A stretch of DNA of 64,000 nucleotides from contig CAXXWQ010000004.1 of assembly GCA_963674945.2 (NCBI GenBank), forward strand, positions 512,001 through 576,000, in the 5' to 3' direction. The notes under the pieces were generated by a model, which made no database searches, was not told the origin of the DNA, and was given only the letters and a program-made list of their open reading frames with translations. This document shows, piece by piece, positions 1 to 9,827 of the stretch. The stretch's first letter is position 1, and each line of letters begins with the position of its first letter. A program made the position numbers and the translations under genes. The stretch is from an uncultured Desulfosarcina sp. GTDB taxonomy: Bacteria; Desulfobacterota; Desulfobacteria; Desulfobacterales; Desulfosarcinaceae.

Positions 1-146
1 AAGAATTCTGGAATTGGGGCAAACAAATTTATATTGACTTGGCGAAAAAATATTTGAAAATTGGAATGGAACCCATCGGCACGGAGTAAAATCATACAAG
101 TACCGCGACAGGCCTCTGGCGCGCACGCAAAGGGGGACAGAGCTTC

Positions 147-1952
147 ATGGAGTTCATTGATTTTTCCAGCATGCACGCCATGCTGAAACAGACGGTCGAC
201 CGATGTGGAGAGGCCATTGCCTATAAGTGGTTTACGGGGCCCGGACAAACCGATTCGGTGACCTGGAACCGGTTTTACGATCAAGTACGGCAGGTGGGCA
301 AATCACTCATCGCGCTGGGGGTGGAAAAAGGCAACAAGGTCAACATCCTCAGCTATTCACGCTATCAGTGGGTACTTTGCGACATGGGCATCACCAGTAT
401 CGGATCGGTGACCGTGGGCATCTACCAGTCCGACCTGCCCAAAAATGTCCGTTATATTGTCGATCACTCGGATGCGGTGGCAATATTTGTCGAGGACAAC
501 GCACAACTGGCCAAGTTGATGGAAATCCGGCCCGAGATTCCCGACATCCGCAAGGTGATTCTCTTTTCCGGTGATGTACCGGAAGACGATTGGATCATCG
601 GCTTCGAAGAGTTTCTGTCATTGGGGGAAAATATCTCCGATGCCGATTTCGATGCAAGGACAAGCACCGTGATACCGTCAGACCCGGCGGGCATCGTTTA
701 CACCTCCGGAACGACAGGAACCCCCAAAGGCGCGGTGCTGACCCACGATAACATTACGTTTACGGCCCAGTCGGTCAAAGGCAGCACCAATATCATCGAT
801 GGGGATGAAGGGTTTTTATTCCTGCCGCTGGCCCACGTCTTCGCTCGCACCTGTGTCTATACCGCAGTCCTGACCGGGTGTTCCATGACATTCACCCGCA
901 GCGTTGAAACCATTGCCGAAGATATCCGTACGGCCAGGCCCCACTGGTTTGCCAGCGTGCCCCGCGTTCTCGAAAAAGTCTACGCCAGGGTCATCGGCAG
1001 CGCGGAAGCCAAAGGTGGCGCAGCACTGAAAATATTCCGGTGGGCCTGGACAGTGGGAGACGCGGTCAGCGACGTAAAGCTTAAGAAGCAACCTGTCCCC
1101 ATCGGGCTGCAATTCAAGTATGCAGTGGCAACGAAGCTGGTCTTCCGCAAGGTGCAGGCCGCCCTGGGCGGCAGGGTCAAATGGTGCATCAGCGGAGCAG
1201 CACCATTGAATCCCTCCATCGCCAAATTCTTTCACGCCGCCGGCATCTTGATCGTCGAGGGCCTCGGTATGACGGAGAACACATCGTTTTCAAATCTCAA
1301 CCGTTATGACAACTATCGTTTTGGCTGGGTTGGCCCTCCAGGACCCGGCATCGAGCAGAAAACTGCCGATGACGGTGAAGTGATGTTTCGTGGCAGAAAC
1401 GTCATGAAAGAATATTACAAAATGCCGGAAGCGTCGGCTGAAACCATAACGCCCGACGGGTGGCTGTACACCGGCGACCTGGGTGAAATCGGCAGGGAAA
1501 ACTTTTTACGAATCACCGGCAGGAAAAAGGACATCATCATCACTGCCGGAGGAAAAAATATTTCACCTTCCGCCATAGAAGGAGTCATCGCAACGTCCAA
1601 GTATATCAATCAGATATGCATCATTGGAGACAAGCGAAAATTCCTCACCGCACTCGTCACCCTTGATCCTGACAATGTGCAGGAATGGTCACAGGCCCGG
1701 GGCATCCCTTTCAACTCAATGGAAGAGTTGATCACCGACGAAAAGGTGATCGCGATGATAGAAAAGGAAGTGACGGAGAAGAACAGGGAATTCGCCAGTT
1801 TTCAAACAATCAAGAAGATCTCCATCGTACCGGAATTCACCATCGAAAACGGCCTGCTGACACCGACCATGAAACTTAAAAAGAGAGAAGTAATCACGAA
1901 ATACGAGGAAACGATCAACGAAATGTATTTGGATAAATCGGCAAAAGTATAA
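147..1952 (+). CDS. Long-chain fatty acid-CoA ligase (AMP-dependent synthetase, FadD15-like)
   Basis: AMP-binding motifs YTSGTTGTPKG, GLGMTE, GWLYTGDLG, RKKDIIITAGGKNI and LTPTMKLK. Confidence 0.93.
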   Translation: MEFIDFSSMHAMLKQTVDRCGEAIAYKWFTGPGQTDSVTWNRFYDQVRQVGKSLIALGVEKGNKVNILSYSRYQWVLCDMGITSIGSVTVGIYQSDLPKNVRYIVDHSDAVAIFVEDNAQLAKLMEIRPEIPDIRKVILFSGDVPEDDWIIGFEEFLSLGENISDADFDARTSTVIPSDPAGIVYTSGTTGTPKGAVLTHDNITFTAQSVKGSTNIIDGDEGFLFLPLAHVFARTCVYTAVLTGCSMTFTRSVETIAEDIRTARPHWFASVPRVLEKVYARVIGSAEAKGGAALKIFRWAWTVGDAVSDVKLKKQPVPIGLQFKYAVATKLVFRKVQAALGGRVKWCISGAAPLNPSIAKFFHAAGILIVEGLGMTENTSFSNLNRYDNYRFGWVGPPGPGIEQKTADDGEVMFRGRNVMKEYYKMPEASAETITPDGWLYTGDLGEIGRENFLRITGRKKDIIITAGGKNISPSAIEGVIATSKYINQICIIGDKRKFLTALVTLDPDNVQEWSQARGIPFNSMEELITDEKVIAMIEKEVTEKNREFASFQTIKKISIVPEFTIENGLLTPTMKLKKREVITKYEETINEMYLDKSAKV

Positions 1953-1973
1953 ATGGTTACGTTTTCGGATGAG

Positions 1974-1996
1974 AAGATCTGCCTCCGGTGGATCTT
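1974..1996. terminator. Hairpin between convergent genes, probable bidirectional terminator
   Basis: aagatctgcc-tcc-ggtggatctt stem between the ligase stop and the ABC ATPase stop. Confidence 0.5.
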
Positions 1997-2002
1997 TCGC
2001 GC

Positions 2003-2737
2003 CTATAAAACCTGACTCAAAAAGAGCTTTGTGCGTTCTTCGGTGGGGTTGGTAAAAAAATGCTCGGGCGTTCCCTCTTCGACCATTTTCCCTTCGTCCA
2101 TGAACAGAACGCGGTCGGCCACCTCCCGGGCAAAGCCCATTTCGTGGGTAACCACGCACATGGTCATTCCCTCGCGGGCCAGTTGCTTCATGACGTCCAG
2201 TACTTCGCCCACCATCTCGGGGTCCAGTGCCGATGTGGGCTCGTCGAAGAGCATGACTTTGGGGTCCATGGCCAAAGCCCGGGCGATGGCCACACGCTGT
2301 TGCTGACCGCCGGACAGCCGGGACGGGTATTCGCTTTCCTTCTCCGCGATACCCACCTTCTTCAAAAGGTCCCTGGCTTTGATTTCGGCATCTTTCCGCG
2401 ATCGGCGGCGCACCACCTGCTGGGCCAACGTCAGGTTCTGGAGCACGGTTTTATGGGGAAACAGGTTGAATTGCTGAAACACCATGCCGACCTCGGCACG
2501 CACCTTGTTCAGATCCGTCTTGCGGGCCGTCAGGTCCACACCGTCGATAATGATCCGTCCCGCATCGAAGGTTTCAAGGGCATTGATGCAGCGCAGAAAG
2601 GTGGATTTACCTGACCCTGACGGCCCTATGACCACCACCACTTCCCCCTGACCGATTTCTGTTGAAACGCCATCCACGGCACGTACGGTTACACCGCGGC
2701 CGGTAAAAATTTTTACGACGTCTTGTGCTTTAATCAC
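2003..2737 (-). CDS. Polar amino acid ABC transporter ATP-binding protein (GlnQ family)
   Basis: GPSGSGKS Walker [18 protein letters not shown] signature, [11 protein letters not shown]. Confidence 0.95.
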   Translation of the reverse strand: MIKAQDVVKIFTGRGVTVRAVDGVSTEIGQGEVVVVIGPSGSGKSTFLRCINALETFDAGRIIIDGVDLTARKTDLNKVRAEVGMVFQQFNLFPHKTVLQNLTLAQQVVRRRSRKDAEIKARDLLKKVGIAEKESEYPSRLSGGQQQRVAIARALAMDPKVMLFDEPTSALDPEMVGEVLDVMKQLAREGMTMCVVTHEMGFAREVADRVLFMDEGKMVEEGTPEHFFTNPTEERTKLFLSQVL

Positions 2738-3701
2738 TGACGGACAACCTCCGTTCCATATAAAAGACCAGTTGAGACAAGAGTGACGTGACCACGAGAT
2801 ACATGGCGGCTACCGTCAGCCAGACCTCAAACGTGGCAAATGTGCTTGTGATGATTTCCCGGCCCGATTTGGTCAGATCGGTGATGGCGATGACCGATAC
2901 CAGGGACGAATCCTTGATCAAACTGATGAACTGGCCGGCCAGAGGTGGCAGGATGCGCTTGAAGGCCTGGGGCAAAATGATGTGCGTCATGGCCTGCAGC
3001 GTACCCATGCCAAGGGATCGGGCGGCTTCGGTCTGTCCTCTGGGGATGGACTGGATTCCTGCGCGTACGATTTCTGCCACATAGGCCCCGGCAAAAATGG
3101 CCAGGGCGCCGACCCCGGCCACGTTGCGATTCAGGTTAAAGACCGTGCCGATAAAAAAGTAGGCGATAAAGATCTGGACCAAAAGCGGTGTGCCGCGGAT
3201 GAATTCCACATAGATGGCGGCCAGTCCCCGCAGGGTCGGATTTTTGGAGATCCGGCATAAGCCGGTGACAAGCCCGATAATCAGGGCCATGACACTGGCA
3301 ACCGCGGACAGCCATAAGGTGGTCCACAATCCTCTCATCAACGGGCCAAGCCGCCACTCTTTGACGAAGCCCACCGTATCGTCCTGAAACAGTTCATCAT
3401 TTTCGGATACGTTGACCAGATCACGGTCCACCTTCAGCGTCACGACCTCTTTGTCTTCAGAGACCAGCTGAACCACCGCTTTTTTCCCCTTCGAAACGAT
3501 GGACTGAACCCTGCCGTCAAAGGGAATCTTGATGGCGTTCTCACCCTGGTAGAAAAAATACTGCGGGACACGGTTCCAGCGCCAGGCGTAGTCGATTTTT
3601 TGGACAGCGCCCCATATGCCGGCGGCCAGACCGATGAGAATGGCCGCCAGCAGAAGCATCCAGGGGAGTCTTTTGGGCGTGGATTGGAGAGCGCCGGCCA
3701 T
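2730..3701 (-). CDS. Polar amino acid ABC transporter permease
   Basis: [34 protein letters not shown] (EAA loop), LIKDSSL. Confidence 0.95.
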   Translation of the reverse strand: MAGALQSTPKRLPWMLLLAAILIGLAAGIWGAVQKIDYAWRWNRVPQYFFYQGENAIKIPFDGRVQSIVSKGKKAVVQLVSEDKEVVTLKVDRDLVNVSENDELFQDDTVGFVKEWRLGPLMRGLWTTLWLSAVASVMALIIGLVTGLCRISKNPTLRGLAAIYVEFIRGTPLLVQIFIAYFFIGTVFNLNRNVAGVGALAIFAGAYVAEIVRAGIQSIPRGQTEAARSLGMGTLQAMTHIILPQAFKRILPPLAGQFISLIKDSSLVSVIAITDLTKSGREIITSTFATFEVWLTVAAMYLVVTSLLSQLVFYMERRLSVSD

Positions 3702-4502
3702 CTACTGCAGCTCTTTCATCCAGGCGTCGTCGACAAACCACTTGTGGTAGATCTTTTCGTAGGTTCCGTCTTTCTGGACCTGGTTGAGAAAGTTGTTCAA
3801 CCAGTTGACAAAGTCAAAATCGCCTTTGCGAACGGCCCATGCCAGCGGCTCATAGGTAAAGGGTGTATCCAGGTGCACGATCTTTCCCTGGCCCCGTTGG
3901 GAGATGGCAGCCGCGTTGTAGGGCATGTCATAGATAAAGGCGTCGATTTTGCCGTTGACCACCTCCAATACGCCCTCCTGCTCGGTTTCATAGGAGACGT
4001 ATTTGGCCCTGGGGATCATCCGCTTGGTGGCCTGTTCACCGGTGGTTCCCAACTTGGAGCCGACCTTGTACTTCTCGGTATTCAGGTCCTTGTAAGATTT
4101 GATCTGCCCGACCAGCTCTTTTCTCAATAAGATCGTCTGGCCGATGACAATATAGGGTTTGGCAAAGTTAATTTTCAAGTTGCGTTCCTGGGTCAGGGTC
4201 ATGCCCGACATAATAATATCGAACTTCTTGGTCAGCAGTGCGGGAATAATGCCGTCCCAGGCCGTGGAGACCAGCTCCAGTTTGACATTCATGGCCTTGG
4301 CCATTCGCTTGGCCATATCCACATCGAATCCGATTATCTCACCTTTTTGGTTCATCAGCTCAAACGGCATGTAACCGGGTTCCATGCCGACGCGCAGCGT
4401 GCCGCGTTCAAGAATGTCATCCAGGGATCCGGCCATAGCCAATCCGAAAGTAAAAACCGTGAGCATCATCGCTGCCAAACCGACCATCAAAATTCTTTTC
4501 AT
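3702..4502 (-). CDS. Polar amino acid ABC transporter substrate-binding protein (SBP_bac_3)
   Basis: Signal peptide; GFDVDMAK, WDGIIPAL, SGMTLTQER motifs. Confidence 0.95.
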   Translation of the reverse strand: MKRILMVGLAAMMLTVFTFGLAMAGSLDDILERGTLRVGMEPGYMPFELMNQKGEIIGFDVDMAKRMAKAMNVKLELVSTAWDGIIPALLTKKFDIIMSGMTLTQERNLKINFAKPYIVIGQTILLRKELVGQIKSYKDLNTEKYKVGSKLGTTGEQATKRMIPRAKYVSYETEQEGVLEVVNGKIDAFIYDMPYNAAAISQRGQGKIVHLDTPFTYEPLAWAVRKGDFDFVNWLNNFLNQVQKDGTYEKIYHKWFVDDAWMKELQ

Positions 4503-4525
4503 CGTACCCTCCTTGGCTGAATCAA

Positions 4526-4547
4526 TAAAAAAGGCCGGTTACCCGGC
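4526..4547 (-). terminator. Putative intrinsic terminator between the small Zn-ribbon ORF and the ABC operon
   Basis: Minus strand gccgg-gtaa-ccggc followed by a ctttttt tract. Confidence 0.45.
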
Positions 4548-4564
4548 GCTGCATCTGTTCGTAG

Positions 4565-4729
4565 CTAATATGACTTTCCTTCATCCAGCAGTTCTTCAAT
4601 GACCATTCGGCTGCGGTCGCAATCCGGATTGGGGCAGAGCGGCAGGTCCTCCACCGGCAGGTAGACGATGGATCGTTGACCACACTTCGGACACCTGACC
4701 TGGACTGGTTCTTTGGCGCCTCGCTTCAT
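4565..4729 (-). CDS. Small 54-aa putative Zn-ribbon protein (not in the ORF track)
   Basis: Hand translation MKRGAKEPVQVRCPKCGQRSIVYLPVEDLPLCPNPDCDRSRMVIEELLDEGKSY; AGGAGG RBS 10 nt upstream; CxxC...CxxxxC. Confidence 0.7.
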   Translation of the reverse strand: MKRGAKEPVQVRCPKCGQRSIVYLPVEDLPLCPNPDCDRSRMVIEELLDEGKSY

Positions 4730-5124
4730 GCTTGACATGCCTCCTGATTACATATGTGGTTCGAATTTTTTACAAGGTAATTATCTTCCATAACACAGGT
4801 TTTGGCCCATCACAATCGCATCGTTGAAAAAGTACTTTACCGTCTGACAATCACCTATCGCCGAATTATGGCAGCGGTCACGGGGATTGCGGTCACCGCG
4901 TTGCAAGACGGGTCCTCTTTTGGATAATCCGGCTTCGCTCGATGCAAAAAATCGATGTTGTGTGCACACTCATGCGTGCCGTTTATGAAGACGAACGCCG
5001 CGATAGCATCTTTTGGATCGAAGAGGTCCTGATTTTCACGGGAATTGAGATGGCTGAGAGGTAGCCGGCATCGGGTGAACGCCGTACGTCGTCAAATCAC
5101 TGACAATACTTTTTCAAAGGATTA

Positions 5125-5778
5125 TCACTGGTCGTGGATGTATCCCCGGGCGATGGCGTAGCGCACCAATTCGGCGGTTCGATTGAGATTCAGTTTTGAA
5201 CGGATGCTGGCATGGTGATGATGCACGGTGCGGGTGCTGATGCACAGTTTTTCACTGATGTTTCGGTCCGTATGGCCTTCGGCGATCAGCTGCAGCACCT
5301 GGCGCTCACGGCGCGTGAGGGGACTCGAGACAGCAGACCGGCCACCCTTGCAGACGGAGATGATATCCGTTGTATATTCGCCGACCAGTTTTCTGGACAG
5401 GTAGGTTTGACCGTTGCGGATTTGGTCGATGGCCTCGAGCAGTTCTTCGCAGGTATCCTCCTTGAGCAGGTAACCTTTGGCACCATGGGCGATGGACATG
5501 GAGAGAAACTCCCGTCGCTTGTACATGCTCAACATGAGCACATGGATTGCGGGATGTTGAGAAAGAATCTCTTTGGCCGCTTCGATACCGCGCATGCCGG
5601 GCATGGAGATGTCCATGATCACCATATCCGGAAGTGTTTTATTCACCAACTTGAGCAGCTTGAGCCCGTCTCCGACTTCCCCGATGACTTGGATGCCATC
5701 CACCCTATCGATGAGGTTCCGGATGCCTTGGCGAATCAGGGTATGATCATCGGCCAGAATAATGGTATACTCGCTCAT
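5125..5778 (-). CDS. NarL/FixJ (LuxR-HTH) family response regulator
   Basis: ADDH, MDISMP receiver motifs; LTRRERQVLQLIAEG HTH. Confidence 0.95.
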   Translation of the reverse strand: MSEYTIILADDHTLIRQGIRNLIDRVDGIQVIGEVGDGLKLLKLVNKTLPDMVIMDISMPGMRGIEAAKEILSQHPAIHVLMLSMYKRREFLSMSIAHGAKGYLLKEDTCEELLEAIDQIRNGQTYLSRKLVGEYTTDIISVCKGGRSAVSSPLTRRERQVLQLIAEGHTDRNISEKLCISTRTVHHHHASIRSKLNLNRTAELVRYAIARGYIHDQ

Positions 5779-5782
5779 GGGT

Positions 5783-6682
5783 TTAACCCGATGTCCGACA
5801 ATGGGGCATCCGGACGATCAGTCGCGTACCCTTTCCGGTTTCACTATCGATGGAGAGAGTCGCTCCGATCATTCGGCACCGCAACGCCATGGCCGATAAT
5901 CCCATACCTCGTCTGGTGTGATTGCCGTTCCTGTAAATTTCTGGATCGAAGCCCACGCCGTTATCACTGATACGAATACGCAGATACGGATCGTCTTCAT
6001 CAGCAAAGACGGAAACCCGGGTTGCCTGTGCATGCTTGATGATGTTGGTCAATGCCTCCTGCAGGATGCGGAACAGACAGACCTTTGCATTGGGAGACCG
6101 GATGCCGTCGAGCCGTACAACATCAATCTCTACCTGAATGCCGGCGCCATTCGAAAATTCACTGAGGGCCTGCCTGACCGCCGCGGATAACCCGAGTACG
6201 TCCAGTTCCGCCAGGTTCAGTCCGTGCGCGAGGCTACGGATGTCGTTGATGATCTTGTCCGCGAACGTCAGCAGCTGGTTGCACTGGGTCCTTAATTCTG
6301 AGTCACCGGCCGGCAGGCCCCGTTGAAGACCTTTCAGGCGCAATTTCAGCACACTCAGGTCCTGTACGCATCCGTCATGAAGTTCCATGGCAATGCGCCG
6401 CTGCTCATCTTCCTGGATCGTCAACAGTTTGGCGGACAAATACCGGAGTGTATCCACGGACGTGCCGAGGCCCACCTCGGACCTGTCATCTTCATCATCC
6501 GCTGCTTCACCGGTTGTCTTCCCCATGGACGTTGGAATGGATGACCGGCTTTCTTTCGACCTTTTTGCTCCTGGAACTTTGTTTGGCGGGGATTCGAATA
6601 TAGGGGAAAGATTTGCGTCGGTTACCAGAATTACCATGGTTATTTTCCAGCGATAGATAGTCCAGAAATTGCCAATTCGCAC
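5783..6682 (-). CDS. HisKA_3 sensor histidine kinase, cytoplasmic, no evident input domain (start uncertain)
   Basis: RRIAMELHDG H-box, QEALTNIIKHA, DNGVGF, GMGL; no TM segment. Confidence 0.88.
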   Translation of the reverse strand: MRIGNFWTIYRWKITMVILVTDANLSPIFESPPNKVPGAKRSKESRSSIPTSMGKTTGEAADDEDDRSEVGLGTSVDTLRYLSAKLLTIQEDEQRRIAMELHDGCVQDLSVLKLRLKGLQRGLPAGDSELRTQCNQLLTFADKIINDIRSLAHGLNLAELDVLGLSAAVRQALSEFSNGAGIQVEIDVVRLDGIRSPNAKVCLFRILQEALTNIIKHAQATRVSVFADEDDPYLRIRISDNGVGFDPEIYRNGNHTRRGMGLSAMALRCRMIGATLSIDSETGKGTRLIVRMPHCRTSG

Positions 6683-7042
6683 AATATCTTCGTTGTGCGA
6701 AAATTCTTATCCTCGAATTCTTAACCACCCGTATTCCCAGGGCACTTTTGTGAGGCGTCTCTTGAAAAAACTCTTATGGCGTTCCTGTCAGGTCTGATCT
6801 TCAACGGGAGGTCATGACAACATTTTCTGTTTCCGGTTAGATACTAACTACTACGAGAGACAATTGGCTTGACAGCGATCAATGGAAAATCTGGCAGCGA
6901 CGGTGTGTCCCGAACAATGATTTTTTCGAATAGCAGGTAGTCTGTATCAAATGACTGGCTGGTTATTAAACCAATATAAAGAAAGATTAAAAAATAGATG
7001 ATTGGATTTGTCAACTGATTTTATCATGTCATCGGTCAAAAT

Positions 7043-7058
7043 TAGGTAAAAATACCTA
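7043..7058. promoter_or_regulatory. Palindrome, candidate NarL/LuxR-type binding site
   Basis: TAGGTA-AAAA-TACCTA in the AT-rich spacer between the two-component pair and the EPS locus. Confidence 0.35.
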
Positions 7059-7651
7059 GAAAAAAGTCGAGAAATTAGTGACTTTTACGGATTGAAAAGG
7101 GTATTTGTTTACATTATATGTGAAAATAATCCCACAGTCAGTGGCCATTTCATCTAAAAAATTTCATACTGCCACTGAATCTATTAGGAATTTTAGGTAA
7201 TCAAAGTAACAATTTGTTTGGCTCTTGTCTCGGTGTCGTGGCGAAAAGATGGTCGCCTCGGCGATTGCTGTTTCCGAAAAAGCCTGTTCGCTACTGTTTG
7301 TCACATGGTAGGGCAAATAAATGTTTCCTTTGCGAATTTTTTCCATTCCTTATTTTTTTCCTTTCTATTCATGTTGGTCCGTTTGCGGTAATCGAAAGAC
7401 AAAACTGAATTCCTCTCCTGATGATTTTTTGCGACAGTTCTCACCAACCATCCTACCACACCGAAACAGGCCAATTGGCAGTACGAACACAAATTCTGCT
7501 GACGTTATGGATGCGGTATAGGAAACGGCCGAAACGTTAAAAACTGACTTTGGATTTGTAGCTCAGGAGGCGGAGCTATGCCCGGTAACCGAATGTTGTC
7601 TATGGCACGCATTGTCTCTGACCAAAGGTCCCATGGAGATTACTTCTCACA

Positions 7652-8926
7652 TTGAAACACCATTATCCACCAACGCTTCCTGAAATAAATCTTCAATATT
7701 CTCACATCATCGTAGCATTCTTCCTGATCGCAATCCTCTATGTTAGGGTTGATACGAGTTTTGGAGAAGGTTTTATAATAGGCGAGCGGTTACATATCGA
7801 GCCGGAAATAACGGTAAGGGAAAACTGCAGCGATAACATCTACCTTTCCGATGAAAACGAACAGGACGATTGGATCACCTCTATACTACCTTCTTTGGAA
7901 ACGAAGTTTGCCTTTACGCCACGGGTCCACCTGGATCTGACCTATTTAGGGCGTTTCGATTATTATCAGGATGCGGACAATTTCAGGGAAGATCATCACT
8001 ATGGCGATGCCGGCTTGAAAATGGAGACATCGAAAGGCTCTGCATTGACCGTGGGGGCATGGAGTGAGGACAGCGCCACCCAGCCCTATTCGGACACCGA
8101 TACCAGTAAGGACTACGTGATCAAAGCGCTGTATGGTGATGGAAACTTGAACATTTTGTCCTCCACGGAGCTGTTCGCCAATTATGAACACCGCTCGCGC
8201 CGCTATGATGAAACGCGGTATCAACAAGATGATTATGATCTGGATTTTATTGCCGTGGGCATGGTCAACGCCACCGGGTCCCTTCTCCCCTGGCTGCTGG
8301 AGTATCGCTATGAAATCCAGGAAAACGACCAGGACATACCCGAACCCAGCGAGTTCATCTATCAATCCGTATATACCGGTTTTCGCTGGCGAGAGGGCCA
8401 TCGCCTTACCGGAACCCTGCGTCTCGGCTACCTGTGGTCGGAATACGATAATGCAACCGCCTACGACGGGTGGGCCACGGATACGTCCATCGACTACGCC
8501 ATCGGCTCATTTACGACCGTCCGCGCAATCGCAGAACGGGGTGTCAGGGAAAGCACGCGGTCATCCCGGGAGACGCTGGATTATTACGTCTATAGCGGAG
8601 GGGGGCTATGGTTGACCTACCGACGCCTCGATCCGTTGCGTTTTACGATCTTCGGCGACTATGAGAACCAGGATTTCAAATCTGCGGTTGCAACCGAAGA
8701 CCGGCGCGAGGATGACATCGTCGTCGCCGGTTTGACCATCAGGTATCGGCTGCGCACCTGGCTCTCATTCGCAGTCGGCTACCGCTATCGCCAAAACGAT
8801 TCAACGATCGATGATCTGGACTATGTGGAGAACCGAATATTTGGGCAAGTGACACTCTTTTCCATCAGGCAGATCCGGGATCGGCGAGCCCAGCGACGGG
8901 ACGCGGATATCGACTATTTTAGGTAA
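7652..8926 (+). CDS. Outer-membrane beta-barrel protein of EPS export (EpsX/VpsM/BBP2-like)
   Basis: Amphipathic aromatic strands, SDNIYL near the N-terminus, DYVENRIF near the C-terminus; first gene before OPX. Confidence 0.75.
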   Translation: MKHHYPPTLPEINLQYSHIIVAFFLIAILYVRVDTSFGEGFIIGERLHIEPEITVRENCSDNIYLSDENEQDDWITSILPSLETKFAFTPRVHLDLTYLGRFDYYQDADNFREDHHYGDAGLKMETSKGSALTVGAWSEDSATQPYSDTDTSKDYVIKALYGDGNLNILSSTELFANYEHRSRRYDETRYQQDDYDLDFIAVGMVNATGSLLPWLLEYRYEIQENDQDIPEPSEFIYQSVYTGFRWREGHRLTGTLRLGYLWSEYDNATAYDGWATDTSIDYAIGSFTTVRAIAERGVRESTRSSRETLDYYVYSGGGLWLTYRRLDPLRFTIFGDYENQDFKSAVATEDRREDDIVVAGLTIRYRLRTWLSFAVGYRYRQNDSTIDDLDYVENRIFGQVTLFSIRQIRDRRAQRRDADIDYFR

Positions 8927-8950
8927 TCTAAAAAACACCGAGGTGTTCCA

Positions 8951-9802
8951 ATGAAACCGTTACGAAGAATTCTTTTTTTTGTGGCTGCATTTCTGATGTT
9001 GTTTCTAGTACACCGCCTGCCTCTTGCCGCCGAAAAGTCATCCACAGCCCAAGAATATACTATCGGTGTCGGGGATATGCTGCAAATTCAGGTGTGGGAT
9101 CATGCCGACCTGAGCCGGATCGTGGAAGTGTCCAGCGACGGAACCTTCTCGTTTCCCTTCATCGGCAAAGTGCAGGCATCGGGGGAAACCATCTTCACCC
9201 TGGAACATGACCTCATGCAACGATTGTCGGACGGTTACCTCGTCGCACCGCAGGTTACCGTCGGGGTTGCTGAATACAAACACAAAAAGGCATTCGTATT
9301 TGGAGAAGTAAACCGGCCGGGAAGCTACGTAATCAAGCCTCAAATGCGACTTCTGGAACTGATTTCCGATGCAGGTGGATTCACGGACGGCCAGGGCTCT
9401 GGGTGTACGATCGTGCGGACAAAGGAAGGACACCGAGGCGACGGGCCGGTCGCCGTCTCGGATGCATCGAAACAAGAGTTGATAGAGGTAGACCTGACGC
9501 GATTGACCGCCGGCGATCCAAAGGAAAACCTTCTCATCGAGCCCAACGATTCCATCTATATCAACGCAGTTGAACATGTATTTATTACCGGTGAAGTCAA
9601 AAAGCCGGGAGAAATCACCTATGCGGAAGGCATGACCGTCCGCCAGGCGATTTCCATGGCCGGCGGCGGTACGCCGAAAGCCTCTCTCGGCCGGACACGA
9701 ATCGTCAGGATAACCGATGGGAAAGAGATCGAGATAAAACCCCACCTCGGCGACACGATTCTTCCTGGCGATATCGTAAAAGTCCCCGAGAGCTATTTTT
9801 AG
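8951..9802 (+). CDS. Short OPX/Wza polysaccharide export protein (Poly_export + 2 SLBB)
   Basis: YTIGVGDMLQIQVW...DGTFSFPFIGKV, GEVNRPG, GEVKKPG; ends at VPESYF without an OM helix. Confidence 0.9.
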   Translation: MKPLRRILFFVAAFLMLFLVHRLPLAAEKSSTAQEYTIGVGDMLQIQVWDHADLSRIVEVSSDGTFSFPFIGKVQASGETIFTLEHDLMQRLSDGYLVAPQVTVGVAEYKHKKAFVFGEVNRPGSYVIKPQMRLLELISDAGGFTDGQGSGCTIVRTKEGHRGDGPVAVSDASKQELIEVDLTRLTAGDPKENLLIEPNDSIYINAVEHVFITGEVKKPGEITYAEGMTVRQAISMAGGGTPKASLGRTRIVRITDGKEIEIKPHLGDTILPGDIVKVPESYF

Positions 9803-9827
9803 CCAAACCGCAGACCTAAACTCAGGT

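Noticed and set aside
7553..7600. tRNA-like D-arm (gtagctcagg...gagc)
   Set aside because: No anticodon arm, T-arm or acceptor stem
7603..7617. TGGCAC as a sigma-54 promoter for the EPS operon
   Set aside because: No TTGC -12 element at the correct spacing
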